Below, piece after piece: positions 23,245-36,850 of a DNA stretch of 64,000 bases (positions within the stretch are counted from its first letter, which is position 1; the number at the start of each line of letters is the position of its first letter). Both the position numbers and the translations under genes were made by a program. The notes beneath the pieces are model-generated. The model made no database searches. It was not told where the DNA came from and saw nothing but the letters and a program-made list of their open reading frames with translations. The DNA lies in the NCBI RefSeq assembly GCF_964204645.1, contig NC_134030.1:16864110-16928109 (forward strand), in the 5' to 3' direction. The DNA is from Tubulanus polymorphus (Eukaryota > Animalia > Nemertea).

Positions 23245-23335
23245 TTCATATACATTAAGCATTACAGTACGCAATTGCACTTACCCCTCTCTCCTCCCCT
23301 TTCTAATGCGTTCGTAATAAATGAATGATCACTAA
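23245..23335. mobile_element. Partial copy of Harbinger/Tourist-like MITE (same family as 30701 and 40137)
   Basis: ATTACAGTACGCAATTGCAC...TAATAAATGAATGATC shared with the other copies. Confidence 0.65.
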
Positions 23336-23832
23336 TATTTATGCGAGATCAAGATGATTAATCTAAGTCTCTTCAAAATTTCACTTGACAACAAATGTGT
23401 AAACATGGCTAATTTTGGCGAACAACAATTGTCGCCACTTGGCCATATCGAATATTATCGGGTCAGTTAAAAAACAAGACTATCAATACCTTATAATTAA
23501 CACATTAGAATATCAAGGTCATCCATCCGATTTGAGAAAAAGCATTTTTCCCGGACTTTGCCAATTGTCAATGATATTTTCTGTGGTGCAATTAAAAATA
23601 TTCCTCCCAAAAATCAAATCAAATAAAGATTTCGCAGAAATCTATATTGAGATACAATTTTAGATCTTAACATAAAACCCGGTAGTAAAACGGTAGACGA
23701 TACCGCGGGTTCACGTGAACACCTGCTGATCTCTGCGGCTAAGCCAATCATGGAGGAGTCTTTGCTTTCTGATTGGCTTTTTAAAACTGATATTATTGCT
23801 ATCAGTTTTTCGCGATAAAGCTCATATAAATT

Positions 23833-24348
23833 TTAACGAGGCCCTCTTTCAAAATTCAGCTTCGTAATCCATAATTCGTTTTCAATTTTCTTCACGTGAC
23901 CCTCGTAATTTCTCCAATTTTCTGCCGTGACTTGTTTTCTCCCTTCAATGATTAACTTTTTCACATCTCTCAGTTTATTTGTAGTGTTTCTTTTCTTAGC
24001 GTATGCTTTCATCTGGTGCCAAGCCATTTCAATGGGGTTGAGCTCGCAATGTCTGACTGGTAATGTCAGTAACTCGTGTCCAGAATCGAGAATCAGCTGC
24101 TCTGATTTGTAAACTTTATTCGGTAATTGAGTTTGACATAGTTTTACAAGTTGTTGTTTGTTTAAATTTTGGTCGTATATCATTTTTGGTTTACCTTTGT
24201 CAGCAGTATGAGGTTGGCATTGAGCCAATTCATGTAAAATCGCGGTACGTTTTTTTATGTGAGCATTTGCTTCATTGGTTCTCGGCCTAAACGACGTATA
24301 ATCGATGCGATTGAAGACATGGCGAACCTCCGTTGATGACATGGTCAA
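23833..24348 (-). pseudogene. Tc1/IS630-like (DDE_3) transposase C-terminal fragment
   Basis: LLTLPVRHCELNPIEMAWHQMKAY...VTAENWRNYEGHV. Confidence 0.8.
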
Positions 24349-25434
24349 CTGAGTTAAATTTCTACGAATAACTGTTTTTGGCGGGAAAATTCTTAGCTCT
24401 TGCGTATAAAATTACAATGACCTCGATTGGGGGCGTCGTCTCTATACAAATGTGATTGGCTGTTTGTGGGATATACGGGGAATTCCAGCGCTACTAAAAT
24501 AATTATGGGAAACGTTAATGGCAAACGTTTCATTGGACTGGTGCCGTATATGTGCGAATTTTAAATGCTCATTGCTGGTGAGAATATAATTATTTCACAT
24601 ATCGCCATAGGTATTGTTTCATTTTGATACCCGGTGATTGAGATTGAAGTGAAGCAAACGTTCACTACACAAGGCCTCCACGTGCACAAGAGTGCTGAAC
24701 ATTAGACTGTTGCGCACACTAACACACGCTCATACATAATACTATATGGTGATGCTGTAACGCTGCTTGGCGCGTGCACGTTTGGTATGATAATCGTCGT
24801 AGCAGAAGATGAGCGTTGTGTTTTCTGGTTGATAGAATTTGTGATAAATTGTAATTTCTTGTGACCTGAAAATACTAAGCAGCAAACTATAGCTGTATAG
24901 GTCGAGGTCTGAATAGTGTAGTGGTAAATTCCAGGTTTTAAAACGATCTAATACTACGCCCCGGTGTTATAGCTTCCGCGGCCATACATTGGAAGAGGTT
25001 TCGTTCCCAAGACTCAATATTCAGCCACCCTCTGATATGTGACATCATATGAATTTTATTTGAATATTTTTTCATATTGTGAAAAATATTTTTTTGAAAA
25101 TATGAAATAGTTTCCCTGCCGCGCCTGCCTGTACCCTACGGAATTTTGGACGTAGACCATAAACAAATGTTTATCTTTGGTCTTATTTGACTACAAAATA
25201 ATTTTTTAAAGGGTTAGTGACACATTTTCGCAATAAGTTAAAATTTTACCATTTTTAGGCAGAAATATGTTTAAACTTGTCATCTTAGTCGAAAAAACTG
25301 TTTTGCAACTCTGCCAGTTAAAATAAAAACGCATTTTAAAACATCCGGTAGTGTTGTTGTTTTCATACAAGCACGTGCTTAGGTCGTGACGTCACGTCGT
25401 GAAAACAAAGAATGTAAACAATAGACTATTCACA

Positions 25435-26750
25435 ATGGCGTCCGACAGCGAGTCTTCAACTACGGACATTTCTTCGAATGAATCGTCTAATATTAGTTCA
25501 AATGTTAGCGATGAAGACGGAGAGCATATTACTATTGGTCCATATTTATATGAACCAGACTTAGAACCCGAAGAAAATGGAGAGAGACCAGATGATCAGC
25601 CAGATATTAGATGGAGATTAGATGTTCAAAGATTGAAAGACTGGTACGTTTAAAATCATTCAATACACTGTGAGTTTACCTTAGTAAACTTCCCGGCGTC
25701 TAGGGGAACCCAGGGCCGTAGCTAGCATTTGAATTTTAGGCCAGGTTTTTTTATTTTTTGGTTTACGGATCCGCCGACGTTATTTTTTAGGAATGAAAAA
25801 ATTAATAAAATTGGATATTCTTTAGTTTTTTTTATTTTTCCATCATTCCTCCGGTTGATGAGATCCAAAATCTGAGGATCGGAAGAATAAAAACCTAAAG
25901 CTGTGTTCAACATGTGGCATTAAATTAAGCAATATCGATCTTTTCCGGGAGTGAATCTACTTTAGTACTTGAAAAATGTAAAAGAAGGCAAGCAGGTGCT
26001 GCCACTCTCAGGTGATGAAAGGTTAAGTAGAGGGTTTTCCCCTAGGTAGAAAAATCTATTAATAAAGTCAGGAAAAGAATCGTTAATGTATGGTCTGCAA
26101 TATATGTTTGGTATTCTCTTGTCAAATTTCAAGGTGTTATTTATCTTATAAAGGTACGGTTTTCTGTATTTTTATCATCTATTGGGATCATCCATCAATT
26201 TTAGAATTTTGCTTTTTGAGAGTGAGGCACATTCTAATTGAGTTGTATTGATGGGGTTATAATTAGCAGATGTTTCGAGTTAAGACCAGTAACTGCAAAC
26301 ACTTGAAACACCATTGAATCTTTTCTTTTTCTCACATGCAGGTGTCAATGTAATAACTGCCAAGTTTTACAAACTGCTACAGAATGCTGTTGCTGCCAAG
26401 AGATTGATGTTGTCAGAGAAAAGATGGAGGAGGTGGCCCAAACGCATAACCAGAATGTTGCTCCATGTATCACCGACTCGGATGCATTTCGTCGAATCTG
26501 TTTGGAACCTTGGGTGCTACAAGTTGCATGGCTTGGATTTAGGCAGCACTATGGACGCAAAGCTTTCGAAGGCAACATCAACGAAAAACACCGTCATGTA
26601 GCTTATCGTCAGTTCGTACGATGGTGCTGGGGCTACTGTGGACCGAAGAATCGAAAAATTCTACCGAGTTGTGTCGTGAGCGCTATCAGAGCTCAGTTTC
26701 CGAATGGTGACAATATGTACAAAGGTTTTAGACTTCCAAAATTTGAATAA
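25435..26750 (+). CDS. KolX accessory protein (P2X7 C-terminal-like Cys-rich domain), 2 exons: 25435-25643 and 26342-26750
   Basis: GT-AG splicing gives in-frame W-CQCNNC...ECCCCQE...CIT...RHVAYRQFVRWCWG...ILPSCVVSAIRAQFP; no stops. Confidence 0.85.
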
Positions 26751-26822
26751 TGCATATTTCTTTATTCATTTTATAAGTAAAGTGATAACAATATAACAAA
26801 GTACATAATATGAGATTCGTGT

Positions 26823-29800
26823 TCAATTTTTATCTTTTCTTTGACCAGAAAAATTTCGCTTTTTCCCTCGTCCTCTCACTGCAGTAGGCGTAGATGAATT
26901 TATTCGCAATGGAACTTTTTCGGTTGAACGAAATCTGCTTTTATGAGCTGCTATGGCTGCTGATTTAGCAATACGGTGGTGATTTGCACTTAAGCTCGGT
27001 GGGACTTGAATCACATTTTTTACTAACTTCCTCGGACAAACTTTAGCTGTGGCAAAAACTTGCGATACTATTTGGTCAATATAACCTAAAATGTAGTAAA
27101 TGTAGAGATAGTTCTTAGTAGATTTTTACTTGTGCATTTATATAATTCATGGGGATAATAGCTCGAAACTTACTGTATGTGGCATCTTGAAGAATTTTAT
27201 GGACGACGTATCCATCTTTATACTTAGGATAGTAAATACTGTACTGCAGTTCTCCCGTTTTCCACTTTCTTGCCTGAGGCCTCTTGCTATTTTCATTCCA
27301 GTGGAGAATAGCTGTATACACTCTGAAGAAAATATGTTTTAAATTACAAATCTTTCTACGATTTTTAGTAGTATCATTCCATCATACAGATTTATATACA
27401 ACTGTACCTTGAAATCATTCCTTTATATGAGAAATGAATCATTTTTGGTGCAAAGTGATTCACGAAACTACGAAAGGATTCCAGATCACTTGTTTGCCCA
27501 TAAGGGGACATCTTCATAATCTTATTGACAGTTCTCGTACTAGTTAGAAGTGTTTTTACCGAGTCGGCTGGTCTAGACCCTAAAATTTAAATTGTATGAA
27601 AAATCAACTGCAAGAACGCAACCAGTACATTGATCGATTTGAAAATAATTCCTTACCTGGGATTAACCAATTCTTCTTTTTTTCATGTGGTTGGTGATAA
27701 CAGTTTGTATGTACATTCTGTATATGGTCTATGCACGATAGCCATTTTTCTTTGATTTCGTTCGACTGGCCAGGGGTGGAAGACAGAGCACACCAATACA
27801 AATGCAGCTTTATGCTCTTGATCCAGTCACTAACAATTGCCATCTCTTTTTGTTTTCCCAATTTCTCCAGTTTCTTTGTAATAGCTGCAACAGAAGAAAA
27901 ATGAAGTGAATTCATAATCATTTGTTAGTACATTAGATTCAGCCTTGAATTTTGTTCACTCACATTTAACGACGTGCCAGCAATCATAAAAGTGGCTAAT
28001 ACTCCAATTTTCACGCACCCACTTCGCTATTTGCAAGTGCATGTCTGTCACCAGAGCAAGAACCTTAAAGTTTTTCATGGTCTTGTAACAGCGCTTCAAC
28101 CCTTCACACTCCATCTTATTGGCTGATCCAGTTTCTGTACTCTAAATAGGATAGTTCATAAGTGATCAATGCCAAAATTGTCCATTGAAAACATTTCATT
28201 CAAATTTAGAAAATGTTAATTTTCAGCACTGGCAAAAACAAAATATTTACCTGAACCAATTCCATGCATAGAATTTTCGAAGTCACAATATCAATGATAC
28301 TGTACATCCCATATTTAGCCGAGTGACCAACAGAATCACACCTTCCGTCTCCACCGATCAATAAAGTTTCATTTTTCCGTTCTTCCAATAACTGTTGCTG
28401 CTGTTTTTTCCATACTGCTGCTGTTGCCGAGTGGATATACTTCGACTGGTGCCGGAAAAAAGTGCGTCTGGTTCCACAGCATACTCCCATGAAACTTTAA
28501 AATATGAATAAATGTGATTGTGAATTCTCTCCTCTGAAGTTACAATTTCAAATTGCCATATATATATAAAATTGTGTTTTCTTACCTAAACAATCTGAGA
28601 ACTTAAGATTGTAGACTACCAGTTAAAACTATGAGTGCACTCAGTAACAAACTTAGTGAACAAATACCACGAACTTTCGGACAATTCTCCCACTTGGTCA
28701 CGTGACCGCAGTGACAGCATACACTGGTTACCTCGATATGTGATGCTACAACCTTTTTAGTCACGCTAGTTTGACTACTACAAATATGACAGTTTCTAAA
28801 TAGTTTGAACAAATTTGACTGAGTCACAATATATTTCTCTTGGTCTTTAAACTGTTTATCACTGTCATCTGTGGAATGTTAATAAAGTGTAGAATTAATT
28901 ATCATGTATGAAGTTCAAATTTTTTGGGTGGATGAAGCTAGCAGAATATAATTTTTTCTTGAAATGTAACCGGTCATTTCTCATTTATGCTTGAAATGTT
29001 TCATAGGATCAATCATGAAATACAAATGTGATCTGCCTCAAAATGAAAATTTACCTCATGTCTCCAAATTTTAAATTCTCGTGATCTTCACTAAAATCTG
29101 GTCTGAAGTCGGCAGATTCATCCGCACTTGTACTGCTATTATCTGAGGCTGTAGTGTGGTTTTCTTCAATTTCTGAAATTTTTGGCCTGGACAACCTTCT
29201 CGTCTGTATGCCAATCGACCGCTTTGGGTTGTATCGTCTGACACGTGACGTATGTCTTCGCGTACATCTTTGGACCCACTTACGAGTCTGTATCCCTAAA
29301 AACGGCACATTTTGTCAATTCAATAATCCTTTTTCAGATTAAAATTCATAAATTATACATTGTTTATGCCTTACACAAACCAATTGAATTCTTAGAAAAT
29401 TCAGTCTGGACCGATTTGTCCAAATCAAGCCAGTCACTTTCATTTGGTAGATTGGTTTCTTCTTCCTCATTACAATCACTACCGAGAGTTTTGATCATAT
29501 CGATTCGTCGCCTTTTCTCAAATGCAGACCTGCCCTTTTTGGTTGGTGGCGAGAACATATTCTTTTCTGTGTCTAGACTCTCAGATTGATCAGTGTCTTG
29601 GATATGGATTGTTGGAACAGCATCTTTATTTAGAATTAACCTGAAATAAACATTTTATCAACATTAGTTTATCTTTTTTGTTAGGAATAAAATCTATTAA
29701 AAATGAGGTTCAATTCGAGTACATAAAGCAAATCATTACAATGGGTGAATAGCTAGTCTATTCATTCATTGTGATTCGAAACATGTCAAAAGGGAATAGG

Positions 29801-30161
29801 ATTGTGGTGGGCTGTTTTGTTAGATATTTTGATTTTGAATTGAAGTTGTACAAAGGATTCATTTCATTTAGGCCTAAGACAAATATTTTTGCATGCATTA
29901 TAGAAGAGAGTGAGTTATTTATTCAGAAATATACCATTTTGCAAATCCGGCTCGGTATTTCATCAGATTCGAGAAAGAACCATCGTCGAAATGCCTGGCA
30001 CATAGTAGGCTACGTGTTTTTCCGGCGTCGGCTGGCTTCCAATGAATGCGTTTCAAACACACGAAATTTGTCCATTTTTTTGCTAGTACAGGATCCGCCG
30101 GCCATTGAAACAAATCTTTTTCAGATGTACTGCATCCGTAATAGACACAGCGTCTTGGCAT
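26823..30161 (-). pseudogene. Kolobok THAP-domain transposase (multi-exon, slightly decayed)
   Basis: THAP MPRRCVYYGC...FQWP...W...LLCARHF; GDGRCDSVGHSAKY; VTDMH; FYDCWHV; QTSDLESF...FAPK; AILHWNEN; apparent in-frame stop near 28603. Confidence 0.85.
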
Positions 30162-30700
30162 CCTTGGAAATATTAACTTAAAAACGTACTGTACAGTGTG
30201 CGTGTCGGTTTAGCACGGGAACCGGCGTATTTTTACTTCCGCATTCCAATCTCCTTCACGACGTGACGTCAGCACTACTCACTTGCCGATGCAACTTTCT
30301 TTCGTAAACGCGTCAAAACGCGCGATTTTTAAAAGCCTGTAGCTGACTAACGCGACATTTTACATTCATGAAACCAATTTTATTAAGTTCACACATGATA
30401 CATTTATCATTTTACAGGGAAATATTTTGAAAAATGCATACTTTGAAAAAACTGTCACTAACCCTTTAAGAAAGATAAAATACAATATAAACTTCTATAA
30501 CTTTGAAGTCACGAATTAAAAAGGTTTTTCAAGCAATGCCCTTACTCCAAACAACCTCTAGCTTTCAAGGTAAACCACGCTTTGCCCATGGGCAATTTAT
30601 TTTATTTTCCAGCCATCTCTGATAAAGAAAATTTAATGTTATTAGCATCATATGCATACAAAATAGATTCTTCATTCCTTGAGCCTGTTAGGCACTCTAA

Positions 30701-30850
30701 GGGGTCATTCATTTATTCTGTATGCATTAGGGGAGGGGAAGGGGTCTGTGCAATCGCGTACTGTAATGCTTAATGTATATGAAAAAATGGCCGAGGGTGG
30801 GTTGATTGAAAAATTCAAATTTTCTGCGTACGTAATAGATGAATGATCCC
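30701..30850. mobile_element. Harbinger/Tourist-like MITE
   Basis: TIR GGGGTCATTCAT / ATGAATGATCCC with TAA/TTA flanks; ~150 bp. Confidence 0.75.
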
Positions 30851-31609
30851 TTATCAGAATTCACACCCTCTTAAGGCCACACAAAAAAACCTGGTTCTCG
30901 GGCGGGGCAATCACCAAAATGGGTAGGTAGGTAGGACTTGTTTTCTTTTCATAGAAAAAAAAATCGCTTATTCTTCTAATAGTGGGTTGGTCGCCGTAAA
31001 TGATTTTTACTGGACTAAATTTTTAGTCAGGAATATGATAGACAGCTAGTAGACCACAATAATAAACGGAAATTGAGGTGTTTGTAAAATTTCCTACAAT
31101 CCAAGGTCGACATCAAAGCCCGATTAGCAAAATTGTCTGAGCATGGCTGCACCATTTTCAGAATCAAATTTTAAATCCCATTTAATAAAATGTTTTATGA
31201 TGTTGATCACAGTGCCAACATCATGATTTGATTTTTAAAACATTTTAGAGAAAGGAGAGTTTGGTAGTCGGTCAGCCACGTATATATTTTTGAAAAAAGT
31301 TGTTTCACCCAAAATGAAAAAGGGTCAGTAGGCAATTTATTCTAAAAATGATTATTTGAAATGACGAAATATCGGGTCGGTCGGGCCCGAGAAACAGGGT
31401 TTTCCCTTGGTTTCGAGTTTTAAGTAAACAAAACCAGAGTAAATAAACATTTGACAGTGAGAACATTACTTTTTCGCAAATATATGATTAGTTTCGAAAT
31501 TGATGATTGATGTATGCTGATTCTATGGAACGCAATCAATGCAAAAAATGTAATTCGCAATATTACATTCTCAAGTGGTTACTTTACAAACAATTCACAA
31601 GCTTAGATA

Positions 31610-31945
31610 GTCAACTCATCATCTAACAATCAACTCGTAATCTTACACAGTCAACTCATAATCTTACAGTCAACTCGTAATATTACAGTCAACTCGTAAT
31701 CTTACAGTCTATTCGTAATCTTAAAGTCTACTCGTAATATTACATTTAGCTCATAATCTTACAGTCAACTCGTAATCTTACAGTCAACTGGTAATATTAC
31801 AGTCAACTGGTAATATTACCTTTAGCTCATAATCTTACAGTCAACTAGTAATCTTACACTCAACTCTTAATCTTACAGTCAACTCGTAATATTACAGTTA
31901 ATAGCTCAGAATCTTACAGTCAACTCATAATCTTATAGTCAACCC
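31610..31945 (+). repeat. ~20-bp tandem array (CAGTCAACTCGTAATCTTA) in the left TIR
   Basis: About 16 degenerate copies; mirrored at ~38335-38605. Confidence 0.9.
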
Positions 31946-32029
31946 GTCATTTACGCCAATATATAACGCCAGATGTCACCATAGGATGGTATTTTTCAAG
32001 GTCATGAGGAGTGTACCAACAAAAAATGA

Positions 32030-34620
32030 ATGAAGTGAAAATGATTCGTAAGTAGGCTAGTTTAAACGCTGCTAAAAATGAAATTTCTGAGCGTCTTCAG
32101 TTAATGCAGGGAAGTGTTAACTTCCCTGGTTAATGATATCTGCTTGTTCCAATCCCGAAGACACGTCCCTGGAATGGTTAGAATATCAATAGACGGATTT
32201 TGTAGAGACTTGTTATACTTCTACAGTTCACATTTGACATTACCCGAAGAAATAATCCAGTTTAGACACGTAAAATGCGTGTCTAGACACGTAAAATGCT
32301 GTGTCGGCATGTTTACAGCCAGCGCATACCCGTCCTGGTGAAGAGGAAGTAGGTGATAGACCATTATGTGAGGCATCTGGGTTAAGGGGCCGACCCCGTT
32401 TTATCATTGATAAAGATCAACTTCTTTCATTATTAGGTGAGCTTTAGTAAATCATTCTTTTTGATATACAGTATACGATACTCACTTACATACGTAGTAA
32501 TGTTACGTATCGGTTGTCAAATTTCCTCTAATCTTTTAAGGCCTAGTGAATAAGCAGCCATTTATTTTACTTGATGAAACAAGGGTTATCAAGGTCATGG
32601 AGTGAGTGAAATATCTGAATCTCTTGGCTGAGCCTGAAAGCCAATGCAATTTTCTTCCAGCGTAATCCAATGTTGCTTATTAGTATTCTAACCTGCACTT
32701 CATCTGATATTCCGACTTTAGCCTAAGGCTTAACTACAGTGTACAAGTTTTTTTCAGGAAATGGCTTTACAATACCAGAGATTGCGAAAATGTTACACGT
32801 TTCCCCTAGAACTATCGCATATAGGATGGAGAAATTAAATTTGAAAGCTAAAAACCGATATTCAAATATCGATGATGAGTTGCTGGAAAGTGAAATTACA
32901 CATATCCTAACTCTTTTTCCAAATGCAGGTCAGAGTTCACATGAAAAAAAACACAACACTGGGTAAGCTAGTTTTACAGCGTGATAGTAATGCTGTTCTA
33001 AATCCATTTACAGGGGAGCGAACAATCCAGGAGCACCTGACGTCGAAACATATTATAGTTCAACGTCAAAGAATACGTCATGCTGTTCGTTGTATTGACC
33101 CAAACAGATCCCAGTTGCGTAGACTGAGTTCGATACGAAGACGCAAGTATTCCGTACCATCGCCTATGGCCCTCTGGCACATTGATGTCAACCATAAATT
33201 GATTAGGTAAATTAAGTTGGATTATTTCTTTTAGAATTTTCATATTCGTATAAAATGCATTCCTTGGCCACTCTCTCATTGTTCATACAGTAGAACCTGC
33301 TTAATTTGGATCATTTGGGAAAATTAAACCGGTTTATCAGAAATCTGATTTATAAATATTCTATAAATAATTCATCTATCGATGAGCTGTATCCGGCTAT
33401 AATGTAAATTTGGATTGAACTTCTCTATCTTCATTGAATTGAGGAAGTTTTACTACCGTCTTGATGGTATGGTATATCGTATCTAGAAATTGTCAATGAT
33501 ATAATAGGCCTAAACATAATTGGCTTACCTAAAACCAAGATTGCAAATTAGTCTTCAATACTATGCTCAGGCTTGTACTGTTATTCACAGAAACATTTCA
33601 GGAAATCAAAAGCCTTGGAAAAATTAAGATCTTCTTGTAGGTGGCGAATTGTTGTCCACGGTGGAATTGATGGTTACAGTCGGCACATTGTGTACCTAAA
33701 GGCAAATTCAAACAATTTGTCATCAACCGTATTAGATGTTTTTGATGAAGCTGTCGTTAAATGGGGCCTGCCATCTAGAGTTCATGCAGATCTAGGTGTT
33801 GAAAATCGAGATGTTGCACTTTTCATGCTTAGCAATAGAGGACCTGATTGACGTAGTTTCATAACTGGTAGGAGTGTACACAATTCACGAATTGAAAGAT
33901 TATGGCGAGATGTATATGAAATTGTGCTGGGGTCATTCTACCAAATATTCTACCATTTAGAAGACCTTGATATTCTTGATCCAGCAAGTGACCTAGACCT
34001 ATACATTTTACACATTGTCTACCTGAAGAAAGTAAATCAACTTTTGTCAGAATTCGCAGAATTATGGAACAACCACAAAATACGCACAGCTAGGAATAAG
34101 ACACCATTACAGCTCTTTATCATCGGAATGCACCAATTGCGAGGCACTAACAATCTCATTGCCTCAGAGTATTTCCAGCAGGTATGCAATATATCAATGT
34201 CTCAAAGCTGATTTAATCGAAAAACAAAATGGGTTTCTAGCATAACATATGGTTAGTTATGGTTATGGTTAGCTTGATCATGATTTAAAAAGTAATGTAC
34301 AGGGTCAGCAGACTTAGAAACAAGGTATCATTTTTTGGCCTAAATTCCACGTAGAGATATAGCATGCACATTTGTGTTTTTTTTAGAATGTGTCAGATTC
34401 TTTTGGACAGGATCCAGAAGGGTTAATCCCAATTGAAGAGAACCATGTAGTAGTTAGTGCCAGACAATCCAAAACCTTTCCAGTCAGCAAATGAGGAAGC
34501 ATTGTTTGAAGAAAGAGCCAGGGAAATCGATGAAGAATGTAGACAGTCAAGTTTCTGGGATATCACCTACTATAGACTTTTAAGAGAATCGCTGAATACA
34601 ATTATACGAAACTGAATTAA
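32030..34620 (+). pseudogene. IS3EU integrase-core transposase (spliced; premature stop at ~33849)
   Basis: HTH IAKMLHVSPRTI; RRRKYSVPSPMALWHIDVNHKLIR|[14 protein letters not shown]; [13 protein letters not shown]; GRSVHNSRIERLWRDV; WNNHKIRT; 5' exon limits approximate. Confidence 0.85.
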
Positions 34621-35029
34621 TTAACAAGAAGAATTTATATCATTTATTGTGGAATCCGTCGTAAAACACAATAAAGGACCAATGGTCCAGACTTTTGACG
34701 ACAACAAAATCTTTCAAAGATTGATTGGAATTTTAGAATCAACAAATGTTCAGAATTTTAATACATCACGAGTAATACATATTTTCTCCGCGAGCATTGA
34801 GGATACCGTTTTTCAAGATTACTTAAAATTTTAGGACTTAAACAAAACATGAAAAATGCTAATTAAGAATAGAGACCGGCAACCAGTCCAGAGAATCTAT
34901 TGTTTATCGCCATCGGTGAGGGCCCTGATCAATTTCGAACATAGCAAAAGATAATGTATAGTGACGTCACGGAGTCAGCACCTTCCCTTAGTTTATAGTT
35001 CCATGGTTTTCCAAATAAATTCTTGAGAA

Positions 35030-36850
35030 AATTCATAAAATTCCAAAGTAAGTGCTCATGAAGCATTCGTCCTAAGAATCCATTACATCATTAGTTATGT
35101 TTAATGGCAGGTATAATACATTTATACAAGTACGACTTGTCGGCAGCACTTGATCCATAAATTCAATCCTAGGCGGCTTGGAGAAGCCCATAAATGGTTG
35201 ATCTCGCGACCCAGTCATAAACTGTAAGATGTCTTCAAGTTTTATTACACGGCCATCTTCCGTTTTCCTACGACCAGCTGTAAAGAATTTAAGACCAATT
35301 AATAGATTCATATGGAATGGTAAAACGTCTTGTTGTAAAACAGACTTTTCATAAGCACTCACCTGAAACAGCCGTCAAATAACGACTGAGGTTCTATATG
35401 TACAATCCTCCTTAATGAATCTGTTGCTTCCACTCTCCGAGAAAACTGGCTTCAACAGTTTGACAATTTGTCGGAACGACAGGGGTGACACACAACCTTT
35501 CTCGAAAATCTTCTTAAGGCAAGCTTTTCTGCGAACAAGCTGTAATGATTACGACTTAGATTGGTGGTTAGGCAGAAATGTGACGATTAGAATGGGCAAC
35601 CGGCACACCAGCCATCCCGTCAGATGGCGCCACTGAGATATCAGACAAACTCGACCAAAATTAGTTCATTTTCGAGTTACTTTGATCTCAATAGTTATTT
35701 AAAGAAAGTTATTTATAAATCGAAACTGATGAGAAACAAGCAACTTTTTGTGTGGCCTTAAGTACATTTTGTGAAATTTGAATTCAGCTATAATTAGCAA
35801 GACCTTAAGAAAGCCCCAAACTCTCTTCTAGGGCTTTGCGCCTACAGTGCTTGCTTTCATTAGACTTAAGTTACCTGAAGAATACCAGTCGCTTCAAGTC
35901 TCTGAATTTTTTTTCATCTTCAGAGCATTGTGATGATGAATCAGTCACAAGTTTCTCCACAAGGTTTTGACTCATGAAGGATGGTAGTGGCCCATACTGC
36001 AAAATACTGAGACCTGTAAAAGATATTGTAAATCATGTACTATTTATTACAAATACCATGGTTAATAAGCACTAGCCTCTACAAATACCATGGTTAATAA
36101 GCACTAGCCAGAGGCTAGCAGTTTTACTTAAATACTAATGACGATTTACACTTAATCAACTGAATTAGAATGCCACTCACCTATTAAAAGACCTGCACCA
36201 AAATAATGGTTGTTGCGACTGTGATACGGATTGTTGATTATGTCTCCATCTTTAAACATACGATACTGTATCTCCTGCATTATAATCGTTAGGAACTGTT
36301 TCCGAGGTCCTCCAAGATCAACAGCTTCCTAACCATAAAAAAAAAATTCAAGAGGAAGACGAATATTGACATCCGTCTGGAGTATAGCAGTGACTCCATC
36401 GTCGAACAAATTGAGTCGTGATACATGGATGAATGTTGTTTCACCAGTATTTTCATCCTCCTCATTATCCACATCTAATGCTCTAACGATCATGAGGTGT
36501 TTGGAATACGACCTTAGGATGGTGACTGGGTCATCACACTGCACCCTAGAGAATCATAAGGGAAAAATGTAGATTACTCATTCATGTCACTGTAATTTAT
36601 ATTAGTACCTATGCATATTTTGTATAACCAATTGCAAACTTGTACTCATGAAAAGTTCTATGATTGTGGTGGGTTTCAAGGTAATTGTTTTTTTTTGTAT
36701 AAGTTCACCAGGGGCATTGAACAATTAACTTTCAACTTGTCAGATTGTGAAGCGTCTCATCAAGTTGGTATGGTGTCCCTGGACCCCTAGTTAACACTTA
36801 CATTTCATCCATAGTTTCTTTGATGGAGCCAATCCATGTTTCAACAGGAC
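35030..36850 (-). pseudogene. HECT-type E3 ubiquitin ligase-like gene carried by the IS3EU element (spliced, degraded)
   Basis: HVSRLNLF...FFFYG-EAVDLGGPRKQF (HECT N-lobe start); ILQFMTGS...P..GF...IEF...LPTSRTCINVLYLP (catalytic Cys motif). Confidence 0.75.

Larger units (their letters stand above)
25210..30465. mobile_element. Kolobok DNA transposon, both ends intact (5256 bp)
   Basis: TIR AGGGTTAGTGACA...TGTCACTAACCCT flanked by TTAA on both sides; two convergent spliced genes. Confidence 0.92.

Noticed and set aside
26342-26750. Host P2X7 purinoceptor gene
   Set aside because: Only the Cys-rich C-terminal-like domain, with no channel domain, inside Kolobok TIRs, so KolX
31610-31945. CRISPR-like array of 20-bp repeats
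   Set aside because: Repeats are contiguous with no unique spacers, mirrored in the opposite TIR, no cas genes, eukaryotic context
30870-35762. Large element bounded by TAAGGCCACACAAAAA inverted repeats
   Set aside because: It would straddle the well-supported IS3EU left end; more likely two separate MITE ends of one family
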